The notes beneath the pieces were generated by a model, which saw only the letters and a list, made by a program, of their open reading frames with translations, was not told the DNA's origin and ran no database searches. Positions 1 to 9,972 of a DNA stretch of 64,000 nt are shown here, piece after piece. Position 1 is the first letter of the stretch. Each line of letters begins with the position of its first letter. The stretch comes from Promethearchaeota archaeon (GTDB lineage Archaea > Asgardarchaeota > Heimdallarchaeia > Hodarchaeales > Hodarchaeaceae), in assembly GCA_048938105.1 (NCBI GenBank), contig JBHLMN010000001.1:64001-128000 (forward strand), in the 5' to 3' direction. The position numbers and the translations under genes were made by a program.

Positions 1-1541
1 CCTGCAGTTCCTCCTACGATGAAATTAGTATCTGCAGTTCCCATATTATCTGAATAATAACCATATCCCGAAGCGCTATCATAGAAAAGGAAATCAGAGG
101 CCTCACTTGTTGTACTTGGATCGTGATCAATATTCGGAGCAGTGTTGTCCTCGTAAAACGTAAATGAAGTAGTCTTGGTATTACCTACTTTATCATTGAC
201 TATATAATTTACAGTAAATGATCCAAACGAGGAATCACCTGAATCGATAGTGTACGCAAAAGTCCAAGCCGTTAATGAACCGCTATAACTTGGATTGTCC
301 CCGAAAATTGTATTATCTTGAACATACTGTAGTCCTGCACCTCCATCACTAGCAGTGCCTCCTACATTGAATGTTTGTTTTGTACCCTCCATATTGTCTG
401 AATAGTAACCATAATTAGAAAGAGTATCATAATAGAGATAGGGAGAGGTCTCATTAGTAGCACTGGGTTCGTGAGTGATGGTAGGATCATTGTTATCCTC
501 TCGAAAAGTGAAAATAGTTATAGCAGTGTTGTTAACAAAGTCTGTTGCTGTATATTTCACTCTAAATGTCCCATTGTTCTTATCTCCTTGATCAATTACA
601 TATGTAAATGACCAGCTTGCTAACGAGCCACCACGAGAGGGATCATTCCCAAAGCTGGTGTTATCCACAATAGATACTAGACCAGCCCCACTATCACTAG
701 CTGTCCCTCCTACTACAAAATTGGTATCTATAACACCCATATTATCTGAATAATAACCATAAGCTGAACTCCCGTCATAATATAGATAATTAGAGGCCTC
801 GCTCGTGGTACCGGGATTATGGGTGATGGTAGGATCGGTATTGTCCTCTCGGAATTCAAAGCTGACAGTATTACTGTTATTCACTCTATCAATGGCAATG
901 TAAGTCACCGTAAAGGTGCTATTCCCTGCATCCCCTTGATCAATTTCATAAGTAAACGTCCAGCTGGTTAAGGTCCCACCACGAGGGAGATTATTCCCAA
1001 AAGTAGTATCATCTTCTATAGATAAAAGACCCGCTCCTCCATCGCTAGCTGTACCTCCCACGATAAAATCAGTATCTACAGAATCCATATTGTCTGAATA
1101 ATAACCATAAGTAGTACTCCCCTCGTAGTAAAGATAATCAGATGACTCGCTAGTGGTACCAGAGCTATGGGCAATTGTAGGATTGGTATTGTCTATCCTG
1201 AATTCGAATTCAGTAGTATTAGTATTTCCTACGTAGTCTGTAACGGTGTATGTTATAACAAACGTACCATAGGAGGTGTCTCCTGATGTAATTTCATAAG
1301 TATAGATCCAACTACTATATGATCCCCCCATAGAAGGATTTCCACCGAAATCTGTATTATCAGTAAGTGATGCAATTCCTGAGCCTTCATCGCTTGCAGT
1401 ACCACCTATTATGAAATCAGTCGGTGATGCCCCCATATTATCCGAATAATAGCCATATGTTGAGCTAGTATCGTAATAAAGATAATCTGATAATTCACTG
1501 GTCGTTGCAGGATTGTGCTCAATCGTAGGGGGAGCATTATC
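1..1541 (-). repeat. Coding tandem repeat, exact 348-bp (116-aa) period, at least 4.4 units
   Basis: The Asp codon of the 'DN.xP.I.H' motif starts at 1541, 1193, 845, 497 and 149, each 348 nt apart. Units diverge in sequence but keep YLYY..YGYYSDNM..F.(V/I)GGTA. Confidence 0.92.
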
Positions 1542-4500
1542 CCATCCAATGTCTGGAAGGCTTGCAGCCAGAGTTGGATCGATATAAACTTGAGGTCCAT
1601 AGACATTCTGAACTCCTTCTATGGCAGATCCCACCGTTATATCATCCCTTTCTTGGATAGTCCCAGCTGGGGGATTTTCTTCTACATCATTCCTTATTAA
1701 GCCTGTTGTTGCCCCATAAGCTCCAGTATTTCCAACATATCCAACATAAACCTCTCCAGCATACGGATTTGAAGTATAATTCCACACTGCAGAAACAGTA
1801 ATCCAGATCTCATCGTCTGACGCGTCATTATCCTCCCAAAACCGAGAACCATCATTATACTTATGACTAGATATAGTGATGGCTGTAATTTTGACACAAT
1901 CAACTGCCACTTCGACATTTGTGTTGTTAAGATAGTGGGTGGCGCCATCACCCGCAAGATCCACGACTGGATAGTAGGAATAATTCCCTACTGTAGATTC
2001 TGAATCAGCAGAAACACTGAACGACGCGACACTGCTAGATATTGTGGTTTCGTCTCCAGTAGTAGGATTTGCAGGGTCTCTAAAAATAGAGACTTGATCA
2101 ATTTGTGCATCTGGAACTGAATAGGAAGTCCCTTTATAACGAATAATTCCTGTGAATGTGAGATCTGACGCATTATTCGGATTAATAGACGAATCATCTG
2201 AAGTAAAAGAAGAGACAACGATATCATGATTGAATGAATAAGTACTTATCGAATTTTCATTATCCGAATGTGCTAATGAGTCATTTACAAATGCCTCAAT
2301 TGGAATCCCTGTTCCTGTGGGAAAATCCCAGTCAAATGTAATGTCAAACGTTACTGATAAATCATTCACAGAGCCAGTTCCGCTTGCTGAACTTAGACTC
2401 ATGTTATTTAAGGGATCCCAGATTTCACTATAGCTACTATCAGTCCTATTGTATCCGACTGAGAATTCAACACCATTTACTGTAAAATTCAGTTGGACAT
2501 ATTCAATATCTGTATAGCCAGAGAGATCTGTCGCATTCACTCGAAAAGTATAATCTTTTCTCTGGGAATGAATTTCTCCCTCATCGTCATTAGTGACAGT
2601 AATTTCTGTTATTTCAGGTATATCATTTTCTTCACTATCAATAGTTATTGTTGGAGGAGTTTCCACCGCAGCCATCACTGCCCACACGCCTATTTTCATA
2701 TATGAAAAAGTAGTACTTTCGTAAAACGTTAGTGAACCACTTGAAGGAAGTCCACTTGCAGTGTGGCTTAATGTCCATGCACTTGGCTCGTTATTCCCAG
2801 TTGCCCAACGTTTTCCTTTAAGGGTATCTCCTACAATCTGGAATTTATAAAAATACCAAAGTGCAGTGGAGTAACCTCCACTTATTGAAGTATATTGGAT
2901 AGTAGAGCCAGTATATCGACGAAGAGATATGGCAGTTGAATTTTGATCTAAATAGAGATAATTTGGTCCACCAATGTTTGTCCTTAAACTAATAGAAGAG
3001 CTTGTGGAAGCTATTGCTTTATACATTACAAATACTTGAGTGTTATTGGTTACTAGATTTGATCGTTCAAGTGTCCCATAAGCTGTATTAGATCCTGACG
3101 CGATATTATTATTAGTCCACCATCCGATGTTGGTGGGTTTTGTTCCATCAGTTGTCGCAGCCCAAGATGTTGTAATATAGGAATTTAAGTTTCCACTGCT
3201 AAAGTCATCATAATCTATGAAGATTTTTGAAGTGTCTGAAGGAGGATTCCCAGGATCTCCGGACCGAAAACCATAATAAATTGCATAATTATGATCTGAT
3301 GAAGATGCAGTTATTGTTTTTTGGAGTTTAAAGAACACTGCAGTTTTTTGTGTATTATTTTTCAGAACCACCCTGTTTAGTTCATACCAGGTTGAATCAG
3401 TTTCGTTATAGTAGACCACTCGTAGATCCTTACAATCAGCTCGCAGTTTGGACGCAGAAACCAGAGTTTGTGTATCTAAATCTACTTGGATAGTATAATT
3501 TGTCCCAATTTCGGATCCTGCTGTTATTCTAACTTGCTTGACGTATTGGTAGTTGCTATTCCACCACGAAGGACTCCCTGTTATATCGCTAAACGCAAAA
3601 TTTGGTTGCAAATAGGGATATGCAACGTCAACTAATGGAGAAGTTGATTCCTCCTCAATAGTTGTATCAATATGCTCTGTTTCATTTAATTGTAAATCTA
3701 CTTCACTATCTTCGATCGTTTGCTCAATTTTGGGATAAACAACGCTAGCGCCTGTTCCTGATAGTGCCTGTAATTCAAATGCTGTTGATAAGTCCTTTAC
3801 CATTTGAAGTGAGAAATAACCATTTCCTAAATCTCGTCGTTCGTACACTCGGTTAAAGAATGTGAAACGCGTTACACCTTCCTCCTTTTCTTCAGGAAGA
3901 GAGGTGAGGATATTCTGCACTTGAGTGATTATTGTTAGGGGCATCATCAGAAGAATGATTCCAAATAACAGCAACAAAATGTTTCCAAACTGCTGTGGAT
4001 AAACTATTGATAAGCCAAATAATCCAATGGTTCCTAGGATGAGTAAGAATAACTGACTAGGGATCCCTGTTATTGGGGTCAAATGAAATCGTATTTGTTC
4101 AAATTGGATTCCTTTTAGGCTGTCACTGGCATTCCATGACGAGAAAGACACCTCAAAATATTCTAACTCTTTGAAAGCGGTAGTATTAAAATTAAATTGA
4201 ATGTTTGTTCCACGGTATAAATCCAAGGCATTTATTACTTGAACAGAGTTGTTCACTCCCTCAATAGTAGCCAATTCAAACGGAAAAACGTTAATTGTAA
4301 CATTATGTAACCCACCCCAACAAATAAAACTGGTAGTTTTGGTTGTGAATAACATTTGCATACGTAATGAGAGCATTTCAAAAGGTTCTTTGGGAGTCTT
4401 GAAGATGAACCGGAATTTATAGGCATCCTGTTCACTAATCGCCTCTTGGATCTTCATTCCACTTTCTGACCTATAACTCTGATTATGAAGCCCATTAGTA

Positions 4501-4646
4501 ATAGTTCCATCCTTCCCAAACGCGAAATAATTGCTAAAAGGATAAATTGTATTGTTTGGCTGATTCATGGACACTGATGATATCATTAAAACTAGGAGAA
4601 GCAATAAGATCGCTTTTAAAAAGTATTCTTGGTATTTTAGTGTCAT
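1..4646 (-). CDS. Giant cell-surface protein (>=1548 aa, 3' end outside window): signal peptide, TM hairpin, DUF2341-like domain, tandem 116-aa beta-rich (Ig-like) repeats
   Basis: Manual translation of large parts of the minus frame from ATG 4646 (MTLKYQEYFLKAILLLLLVLMISS) found no stop, and the frame is consistent to the window edge, which explains its absence from the ORF track. Contains WWNSNYQYVKQVRIT...DLRVVYYNE (DUF2341-like) and repeated YGYYSDNM..GGTASD motifs. Confidence 0.88.
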   Translation of the reverse strand, partial: MTLKYQEYFLKAILLLLLVLMISSVSMNQPNNTIYPFSNYFAFGKDGTITNGLHNQSYRSESGMKIQEAISEQDAYKFRFIFKTPKEPFEMLSLRMQMLFTTKTTSFICWGGLHNVTINVFPFELATIEGVNNSVQVINALDLYRGTNIQFNFNTTAFKELEYFEVSFSSWNASDSLKGIQFEQIRFHLTPITGIPSQLFLLILGTIGLFGLSIVYPQQFGNILLLLFGIILLMMPLTIITQVQNILTSLPEEKEEGVTRFTFFNRVYERRDLGNGYFSLQMVKDLSTAFELQALSGTGASVVYPKIEQTIEDSEVDLQLNETEHIDTTIEEESTSPLVDVAYPYLQPNFAFSDITGSPSWWNSNYQYVKQVRITAGSEIGTNYTIQVDLDTQTLVSASKLRADCKDLRVVYYNETDSTWYELNRVVLKNNTQKTAVFFKLQKTITASSSDHNYAIYYGFRSGDPGNPPSDTSKIFIDYDDFSSGNLNSYITTSWAATTDGTKPTNIGWWTNNNIASGSNTAYGTLERSNLVTNNTQVFVMYKAIASTSSSISLRTNIGGPNYLYLDQNSTAISLRRYTGSTIQYTSISGGYSTALWYFYKFQIVGDTLKGKRWATGNNEPSAWTLSHTASGLPSSGSLTFYESTTFSYMKIGVWAVMAAVETPPTITIDSEENDIPEITEITVTNDDEGEIHSQRKDYTFRVNATDLSGYTDIEYVQLNFTVNGVEFSVGYNRTDSSYSEIWDPLNNMSLSSASGTGSVNDLSVTFDITFDWDFPTGTGIPIEAFVNDSLAHSDNENSISTYSFNHDIVVSSFTSDDSSINPNNASDLTFTGIIRYKGTSYSVPDAQIDQVSIFRDPANPTTGDETTISSSVASFSVSADSESTVGNYSYYPVVDLAGDGATHYLNNTNVEVAVDCVKITAITISSHKYNDGSRFWEDNDASDDEIWITVSAVWNYTSNPYAGEVYVGYVGNTGAYGATTGLIRNDVEENPPAGTIQERDDITVGSAIEGVQNVYGPQVYIDPTLAASLPDIGWDNAPPTIEHNPATTSELSDYLYYDTSSTYGYYSDNMGASPTDFIIGGTASDEGSGIASLTDNTDFGGNPSMGGSYSSWIYTYEITSGDTSYGTFVITYTVTDYVGNTNTTEFEFRIDNTNPTIAHSSGTTSESSDYLYYEGSTTYGYYSDNMDSVDTDFIVGGTASDGGAGLLSIEDDTTFGNNLPRGGTLTSWTFTYEIDQGDAGNSTFTVTYIAIDRVNNSNTVSFEFREDNTDPTITHNPGTTSEASNYLYYDGSSAYGYYSDNMGVIDTNFVVGGTASDSGAGLVSIVDNTSFGNDPSRGGSLASWSFTYVIDQGDKNNGTFRVKYTATDFVNNTAITIFTFREDNNDPTITHEPSATNETSPYLYYDTLSNYGYYSDNMEGTKQTFNVGGTASDGGAGLQYVQDNTIFGDNPSYSGSLTAWTFAYTIDSGDSSFGSFTVNYIVNDKVGNTKTTSFTFYEDNTAPNIDHDPSTTSEASDFLFYDSASGYGYYSDNMGTADTNFIVGGTA

Positions 4647-4995
4647 TTTCTATCCTCAAGAAAACAGAGCTATTTTTTGTCGGACTTTTGAAAAGCATTT
4701 GGTTGAAATGGAATATTATATCCATTTCTTGTCTATCTACAAGAGATCCTTCTTCACTTGATATAAGCAGATATTATGCTGATATTAGGAATATCACTTA
4801 ATTCTATATTTATATAACCCTAACAGGGAAATTCTGGAATTTTTACTTTTAACCTCTTCCGAATGGGAGGACGTAAAGATTTCAACCGAACAGAGTGCTA
4901 AGATGATAATCTACCACATCTTATGACTTAAAATTAATTCTTTTCCTCCTCACTTCTTTAGGGAGATTGTTCTACATTTTTTTTACAGGAATTCT

Positions 4996-5904
4996 TTAAA
5001 ATTTAGAAGTGAGAAATTCTGCTATTTCTGTGGGACTTTTTCCAAACAGATAAAGGATAGCTTCGAGGCCGACTCCTCCAGCATCAGCAATTACTTCAAT
5101 TTTTCTAATTTCTTCACTAGAAAATGTTTCAAGGGTTTTTTTCCAATTTTTATCGGCTTCCTCAGTTTTAACGATGTATTTTTCTGATTCCAGCGTTTTT
5201 AAAATCTCTTCTGTGTTTCGTAAAGATATTACTGATCTATGAGCTGACCCATGTTTTCTAAAATGAATTAGGATTTGAGCGAGAGTGAACCCTTGTTGAA
5301 ATTCGGGAGAAGAGACAATTCTCCCTTTTCCTTTGATTTTGATTATTCTACCAGGAAAACCAGCAACATCGGCTAATGTTTGACTATTCTTGGCTAGACT
5401 TACAAACTGACATCCAATTTCAGGAATTAATTGACCAAATGCTTCTCCAGTGTTAACTAATCTTTGTCCTGCTTCAAACAGTTCTCTTGTCGTCTGGAGT
5501 TTTTGGTTGAAAACTTCAGTTTGTACTGCTGATGGAAAGCATAGGTTACAATCAGGGGGAAAATCCAATGAAGTTTTCTTTCTATGAACGTCACATAATG
5601 GTCCAGCAGTTCTGAATTGTTGACATTCTTGACAAATGATTTCCATAAGATCTAATACTGCTGTTGAATCGCTCTTAATTCTCAATACAAGATTAGAAAC
5701 TAGCTCTTTAAAAGCAGGTCTTGATGTTACAGGAGTGGGAGGAGACTTTGGTGCCTTTAAATAGGATGAAACTACAGGTTGTGAAACACCGAGAAGTTGT
5801 GCGATCTCTATCTGAACAAAACCCTGATTAGCTAATTCTTGAGCCAAAGCTTTTCGCAGGGGAGTTAAGAAGCTCGATGGGACGATTTCGCAAATAAAAT
5901 GCAT
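4996..5904 (-). CDS. thiR: ThiR-type regulator (N-terminal HTH + ThiN-like thiamine-phosphate synthase domain)
   Basis: HTH QIEIAQLLGVSQPVVSSYL; ThiN-like motifs LIPEIG, DVAGFPGRI, D.GG.GLE; adjacent to a thiamine ABC transporter. Confidence 0.8.
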   Translation of the reverse strand: MHFICEIVPSSFLTPLRKALAQELANQGFVQIEIAQLLGVSQPVVSSYLKAPKSPPTPVTSRPAFKELVSNLVLRIKSDSTAVLDLMEIICQECQQFRTAGPLCDVHRKKTSLDFPPDCNLCFPSAVQTEVFNQKLQTTRELFEAGQRLVNTGEAFGQLIPEIGCQFVSLAKNSQTLADVAGFPGRIIKIKGKGRIVSSPEFQQGFTLAQILIHFRKHGSAHRSVISLRNTEEILKTLESEKYIVKTEEADKNWKKTLETFSSEEIRKIEVIADAGGVGLEAILYLFGKSPTEIAEFLTSKF

Positions 5905-6005
5905 ATAATCACATAATTAAATTCTATTACTTACGACTTATTTTTTTTATCAAAAGGTGAACATCATTAAAATATTGCTTATTTTCGTAGTTAATAAATT
6001 CTCAT

Positions 6006-6160
6006 GTGAACCGCCACCAGCTAAAGCAAGGGGCTTCCTACGAGTTCGCCGAACCCCTTATCAACAAGATGAGGGGAAACTTTCGTTTTACCATTGACTG
6101 TATATCGTAGATTATCAATCCGATTTATGAAGTACTGATAACCCGTCCACAGGGCATTGT
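6006..6160 (-). ncRNA. Putative TnpB omegaRNA (reRNA) scaffold overlapping the tnpB 3' end; guide would be the flank ATGAGAATTTATTAAC...
   Basis: Established location of omegaRNA at the IS605 right end; hairpins visible at 6012-6060. The 5' boundary is approximate. Confidence 0.55.
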
Positions 6161-7325
6161 GTGAGAGAAATCGCTTCATTATGTTGATCGCAGAGTTTTT
6201 GTCGCGATCACGGACGATTCCACACACCTCACAGTGATAGATGCGTTCAGAAAGAAGCATCCTCTCTTTTATATGACCACAGACAGCACAGGTTTTGGTT
6301 GTATCCCGTTCATCAATTACTGTTACTCTTTTACCTAACTTTTTCGCTTTATAGGTCAGTAATTCGATAAAGCGACCTAGATGGCCAGTGTTGTGGACAC
6401 CACGATTAATACTCCTCTGATACTTCTTCTTCTCCCTCTTAATCATTCCATTTTTCTTGCCAGTCATTTGTTTAGGTGAGAGATCACCCGCGATAATGGT
6501 ATTGGCTTTGGTATTTTGTAAGAGGTTGATACTTTGCTTATGTTGCCAGTCCCTCGTTTGGTTTCGACATTTCCGTGTGATGGTCGCTAACCGTTGACTG
6601 AACAATCGGTGTCTGCGACTCCCCTGTTTGCAGTGATCTCTTCTCCGCTGCAAAGAGCGAATCTTCGGTTCCCAATATTTGTCGGGACGCTTGACCGTTG
6701 ATTCGAGAAATTTTCCATGTAGATTAATGGCCGTATGTTTAGTCGTACCAAGATCAAACGCTTGGTATAATCCATTGTCAATGAAAGGGGGATCCTCGTG
6801 GTCAAACGTAACTGCTAAGTAGAACTGCTTGTCATAGTGATCTTGAAAGATCTCAATCTGTTTAATGACGTAAGTAGAAAAGTCAAACGGGACTGGAAAG
6901 ATTAATTCTGTCTCACTCGGATGTTTGTGAGAGAATCGTATAGTCTGCTTCGTTATTTTAAAACCTGATTGATTGTAACATAATGTGAAAAAATAATCCT
7001 TGCCTCGGAAGGTTGGTGGCCGAACAGTATGATCTCCGCTCTTTAGTAACCCAAAAAATGATTTATACGCCGCGTCCAGCTTTTTAAGCGTCATTTGGAG
7101 GACTTTGGAGTAGACCTGGTTGTACCTAGGGAACAGCTTCTTTACTTGTGGTAAGGCGTTCTGCTGCTCTCTATAAGTAACACAATGGCTGTAGGTATCA
7201 TAAAGATATTTTCTTTCTGTTAGTGCATGGTTGTACAGTAGTCGACACGTCTCTGATAATTCCCGTAGTACCTCCTCCTGTTGTGGTGTAGGAATGACTG
7301 TGAACTTCCTTGTGAGAGTTACCAT
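6021..7325 (-). CDS. tnpB: RNA-guided endonuclease TnpB
   Basis: N-terminal PTPQQEEVL..CRLLYN; RuvC-I AFDLG; Zn finger CAVC/CEVC; RuvC-III RDKNSAINI. Confidence 0.93.
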   Translation of the reverse strand: MVTLTRKFTVIPTPQQEEVLRELSETCRLLYNHALTERKYLYDTYSHCVTYREQQNALPQVKKLFPRYNQVYSKVLQMTLKKLDAAYKSFFGLLKSGDHTVRPPTFRGKDYFFTLCYNQSGFKITKQTIRFSHKHPSETELIFPVPFDFSTYVIKQIEIFQDHYDKQFYLAVTFDHEDPPFIDNGLYQAFDLGTTKHTAINLHGKFLESTVKRPDKYWEPKIRSLQRRRDHCKQGSRRHRLFSQRLATITRKCRNQTRDWQHKQSINLLQNTKANTIIAGDLSPKQMTGKKNGMIKREKKKYQRSINRGVHNTGHLGRFIELLTYKAKKLGKRVTVIDERDTTKTCAVCGHIKERMLLSERIYHCEVCGIVRDRDKNSAINIMKRFLSHNALWTGYQYFINRIDNLRYTVNGKTKVSPHLVDKGFGELVGSPLL

Positions 7326-7653
7326 GTAATTAACCTGAGATATTTTTTGTCCAATACTTTATATAAGCCTTCTTAACCACTTTTTCCAACTTAAGTAGCA
7401 ATTATTTCTCCTTTTGACCTTTCTGTTCCTATTATTCCTTCTTTCCCCTTTTCATTGTCTTTGAGGTAATATTTACCTCACTGTTCATCCCCCATATGAA
7501 TAAAAGGGGACTTCTCGTGAAGCTAGGTTAAATTTGTCATGGTCTTTTAACTACTATTTAATACAAAGAGATAAAAGTGCATTTCCTTAGTACTTTTACT
7601 TCAGATCACGAGAATTCAGTAGTAATCGCTGATCAATAAGGATATTTAATCAA

Positions 7654-8610
7654 ATGAACCACTACTCAAAGCTTCTAACACAGATTCCTCCTATTCTTCT
7701 ACCAAAAGAAATCACTTCTGCACGCATAATCGAAGATGGTTTAAACAATAAGAATATCCTCATTAACGATTCATGGTTAGTCAAGGAATATCAAATTACA
7801 GATGAAATAAATGATCCTATCTTTCTACGTTTTCTACGTGAGAAAGATAGCCTTTTGCTGCTTAAACACAACGCCCATGCTCCTCGACTATTGAAATATT
7901 ATGATGATGGAAAAAGGTTTTTCATTTCTCGTAAGTGGGTTGAAGGACAACCTTTCACTCACGATTTACTCATAAATAATATGGAACTTCTATCTAATGC
8001 TCTCATGTCTATTCACAGCTTAACGGAATCCACAGCTGGTGATTTCCATTACTATGATGTGATTAAACGATATCTTCTTGAATACAAAGGGATTGAACGG
8101 CAGTATCCTACCTCTCCCTCTCTGGAAACAGAGTTTTCACATTTTCCTTCGTATGAGAGAGTGAATCAATTTTTTAATGACCATATTCATCAACTTCAAA
8201 GTATGAAAACTGCTAAACCTGGTGTTCGAATTCATGGAGACCTTGTTTTCTCTAACATCATTTATTCGCAAAAAAATAATGAAATCGCTTTCATCGATTG
8301 GGAGTATTCAACCCTAGCGGATCCATGTATTGATTTAGCTTATCTTATAACTCAAAACCAGCTTCCACAAAAAACCCAACAAACTTTTGTTCAAAAATTT
8401 GAAGAACAGCTGGGTGATCAAATCAATCCCAAGGTTTTGAAGTTCACTTGTAACTTAATGAATTTAATGTCTGGTTTATGGTATGTAATTCAAGCAGCGC
8501 GATTTAAATCAACATCTGTTTCCATTGTAGAGCCGCATCCCTCTTTTATCGAGTTCCTCTCTTTTGCCCAAGAAAGATTTCAAGCTCTGGATCTGGTTAA
8601 GGCTTTATAG
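7654..8610 (+). CDS. APH/choline-kinase-family phosphotransferase, candidate thiamine kinase (ThiK-like)
   Basis: GLNNKN, IHGDLVFSNI, FIDWEYS, DPCIDLA motifs; directly upstream of thiBPQ. Confidence 0.75.
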   Translation: MNHYSKLLTQIPPILLPKEITSARIIEDGLNNKNILINDSWLVKEYQITDEINDPIFLRFLREKDSLLLLKHNAHAPRLLKYYDDGKRFFISRKWVEGQPFTHDLLINNMELLSNALMSIHSLTESTAGDFHYYDVIKRYLLEYKGIERQYPTSPSLETEFSHFPSYERVNQFFNDHIHQLQSMKTAKPGVRIHGDLVFSNIIYSQKNNEIAFIDWEYSTLADPCIDLAYLITQNQLPQKTQQTFVQKFEEQLGDQINPKVLKFTCNLMNLMSGLWYVIQAARFKSTSVSIVEPHPSFIEFLSFAQERFQALDLVKAL

Positions 8611-8661
8611 GGCCCCTATATTATTAACCTATACTATTTAAATCTATGAAAGGAGGTTTCT

Positions 8662-9972
8662 TTGTTTTCAATAATCTTTCATAGAGGTTGTACGGACATG
8701 ATAAAAGATGTAATAAAACCAGTTCGTGGAATATTTCTGAAGTGGACCTTAATAGTTGTAGTTCTTATCGTTTCAGCCTCGCTCATCCTCGCTCAAGTCT
8801 CAATCGCTAGTGGTCATCTCAACTCGACCTATCAAACCCCTACTTTAACCATTTACACTTATGATTCCCTAATTAACTGGGGATTAAATGCTACTGATGC
8901 AAACCTTCGCGTCTTCGATGCTTTTGAAGACCAAGAAAATTGTATTATTGAACTAGAGTATTTTGATGATGCAAACTCTGTCCTTGCTAAGGCTGTAGCA
9001 GAAAAAGATTCGCCAAAAGCTGACATTATTATAGGAATTGACAATATATTGATTTACGAAGCGTTAACTCAAGGTATCCTCATTCCGTACGAGGCTTCTA
9101 CGCTGCCCGACCTTTCGGAAAGTGCTATCAATGGACTGGATCCTGACCATTATGTCACCCCTTACGATTATGGCCTTATTGCTATAATTTATCACAAACA
9201 TTTAGTGAATTCATCAAATGTACCAACCATTGACAATCTCAAACTTGACGATTTACTTGACCCCAAAGTAGCTCAAATGCTTGTTACCGAAGATCCAACA
9301 TTAAGCAGTACAGGTCTTGGTTTTCTTATGTGGACAATCGGAGTTTATGAAAAAGTCCTTGATAAAGACTGGGAACTTTGGTGGAACGATACAAGGAAGG
9401 ATATACAAGTAGAAGATAGTTGGGGGGACGCATTTGATGTTTTTTACACTCCTGCTGCTAATCGGCCAATGGTAGTGTCATACGGAACGGATCCTGCATA
9501 TGATTACCTTTTCTACGGAAAACCTTACAATACAACTTACATAGGAGCAACAGTTTCTCATGAAAATGGTTCGAAGTACGGCTGGTTACAAATTGAAGGT
9601 TTAGGTATTTTAAAAGGAACTGAAAATCTTGTTTTAGCTCAAAAATTCATTGATTGGTTTACAGGAGTAACTGTACAAGAAATAATTCCTGAAACCAACT
9701 GGATGTATCCTGCTAATGAGCTTGCTAAACTTCCAGAGAGCTATAATTATGCAATTGATCCTACAACTGTTACACCACTGAATGATTTTTTCACCCCTGA
9801 TGAACTAAAAAAGTCTTTAGATGAATGGCTAGATATTTGGGAACAAGTAATGATCTTAGGTTATACCATAGCTGAATCAACACCATTTCCTCCGAGTTTA
9901 TTCATCCTGATCCCAATGATTCTCATTGTTATTCGAAGAAGGCTAAAGAGAAAAGTTAATCTTTCTGTTTGA
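8662..9972 (+). CDS. thiB: Thiamine ABC transporter substrate-binding protein with C-terminal TM anchor
   Basis: LTIYTYDS, PKADIIIGIDN, EDP.LSSTGLGF, VVSYGTDPAY, QIEG, TNWMYPA. Start may be ATG 8698. Confidence 0.88.
   Translation: MFSIIFHRGCTDMIKDVIKPVRGIFLKWTLIVVVLIVSASLILAQVSIASGHLNSTYQTPTLTIYTYDSLINWGLNATDANLRVFDAFEDQENCIIELEYFDDANSVLAKAVAEKDSPKADIIIGIDNILIYEALTQGILIPYEASTLPDLSESAINGLDPDHYVTPYDYGLIAIIYHKHLVNSSNVPTIDNLKLDDLLDPKVAQMLVTEDPTLSSTGLGFLMWTIGVYEKVLDKDWELWWNDTRKDIQVEDSWGDAFDVFYTPAANRPMVVSYGTDPAYDYLFYGKPYNTTYIGATVSHENGSKYGWLQIEGLGILKGTENLVLAQKFIDWFTGVTVQEIIPETNWMYPANELAKLPESYNYAIDPTTVTPLNDFFTPDELKKSLDEWLDIWEQVMILGYTIAESTPFPPSLFILIPMILIVIRRRLKRKVNLSV

Larger units (their letters stand above)
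6006..7527 (-). mobile_element. IS200/IS605-family TnpB-only (IS1341-like) element
   Basis: Minus strand: TTTAA (7532-7528) precedes the left end CCTAGC..., with a subterminal hairpin at 7488-7510. The right end is GAAGCCCCTTGCTTTAGCTGGTGGCGGTTCAC, ending at 6006. No tnpA, terminal inverted repeats or target duplication. Confidence 0.8.

Noticed and set aside
1-1541. CRISPR array
   Set aside because: The repeats are 348-bp in-frame coding units with no spacers; no cas genes in the window.
1409-4801. Short ORFs listed in the track
   Set aside because: They are off-frame or antisense shadows of the giant minus-strand CDS.
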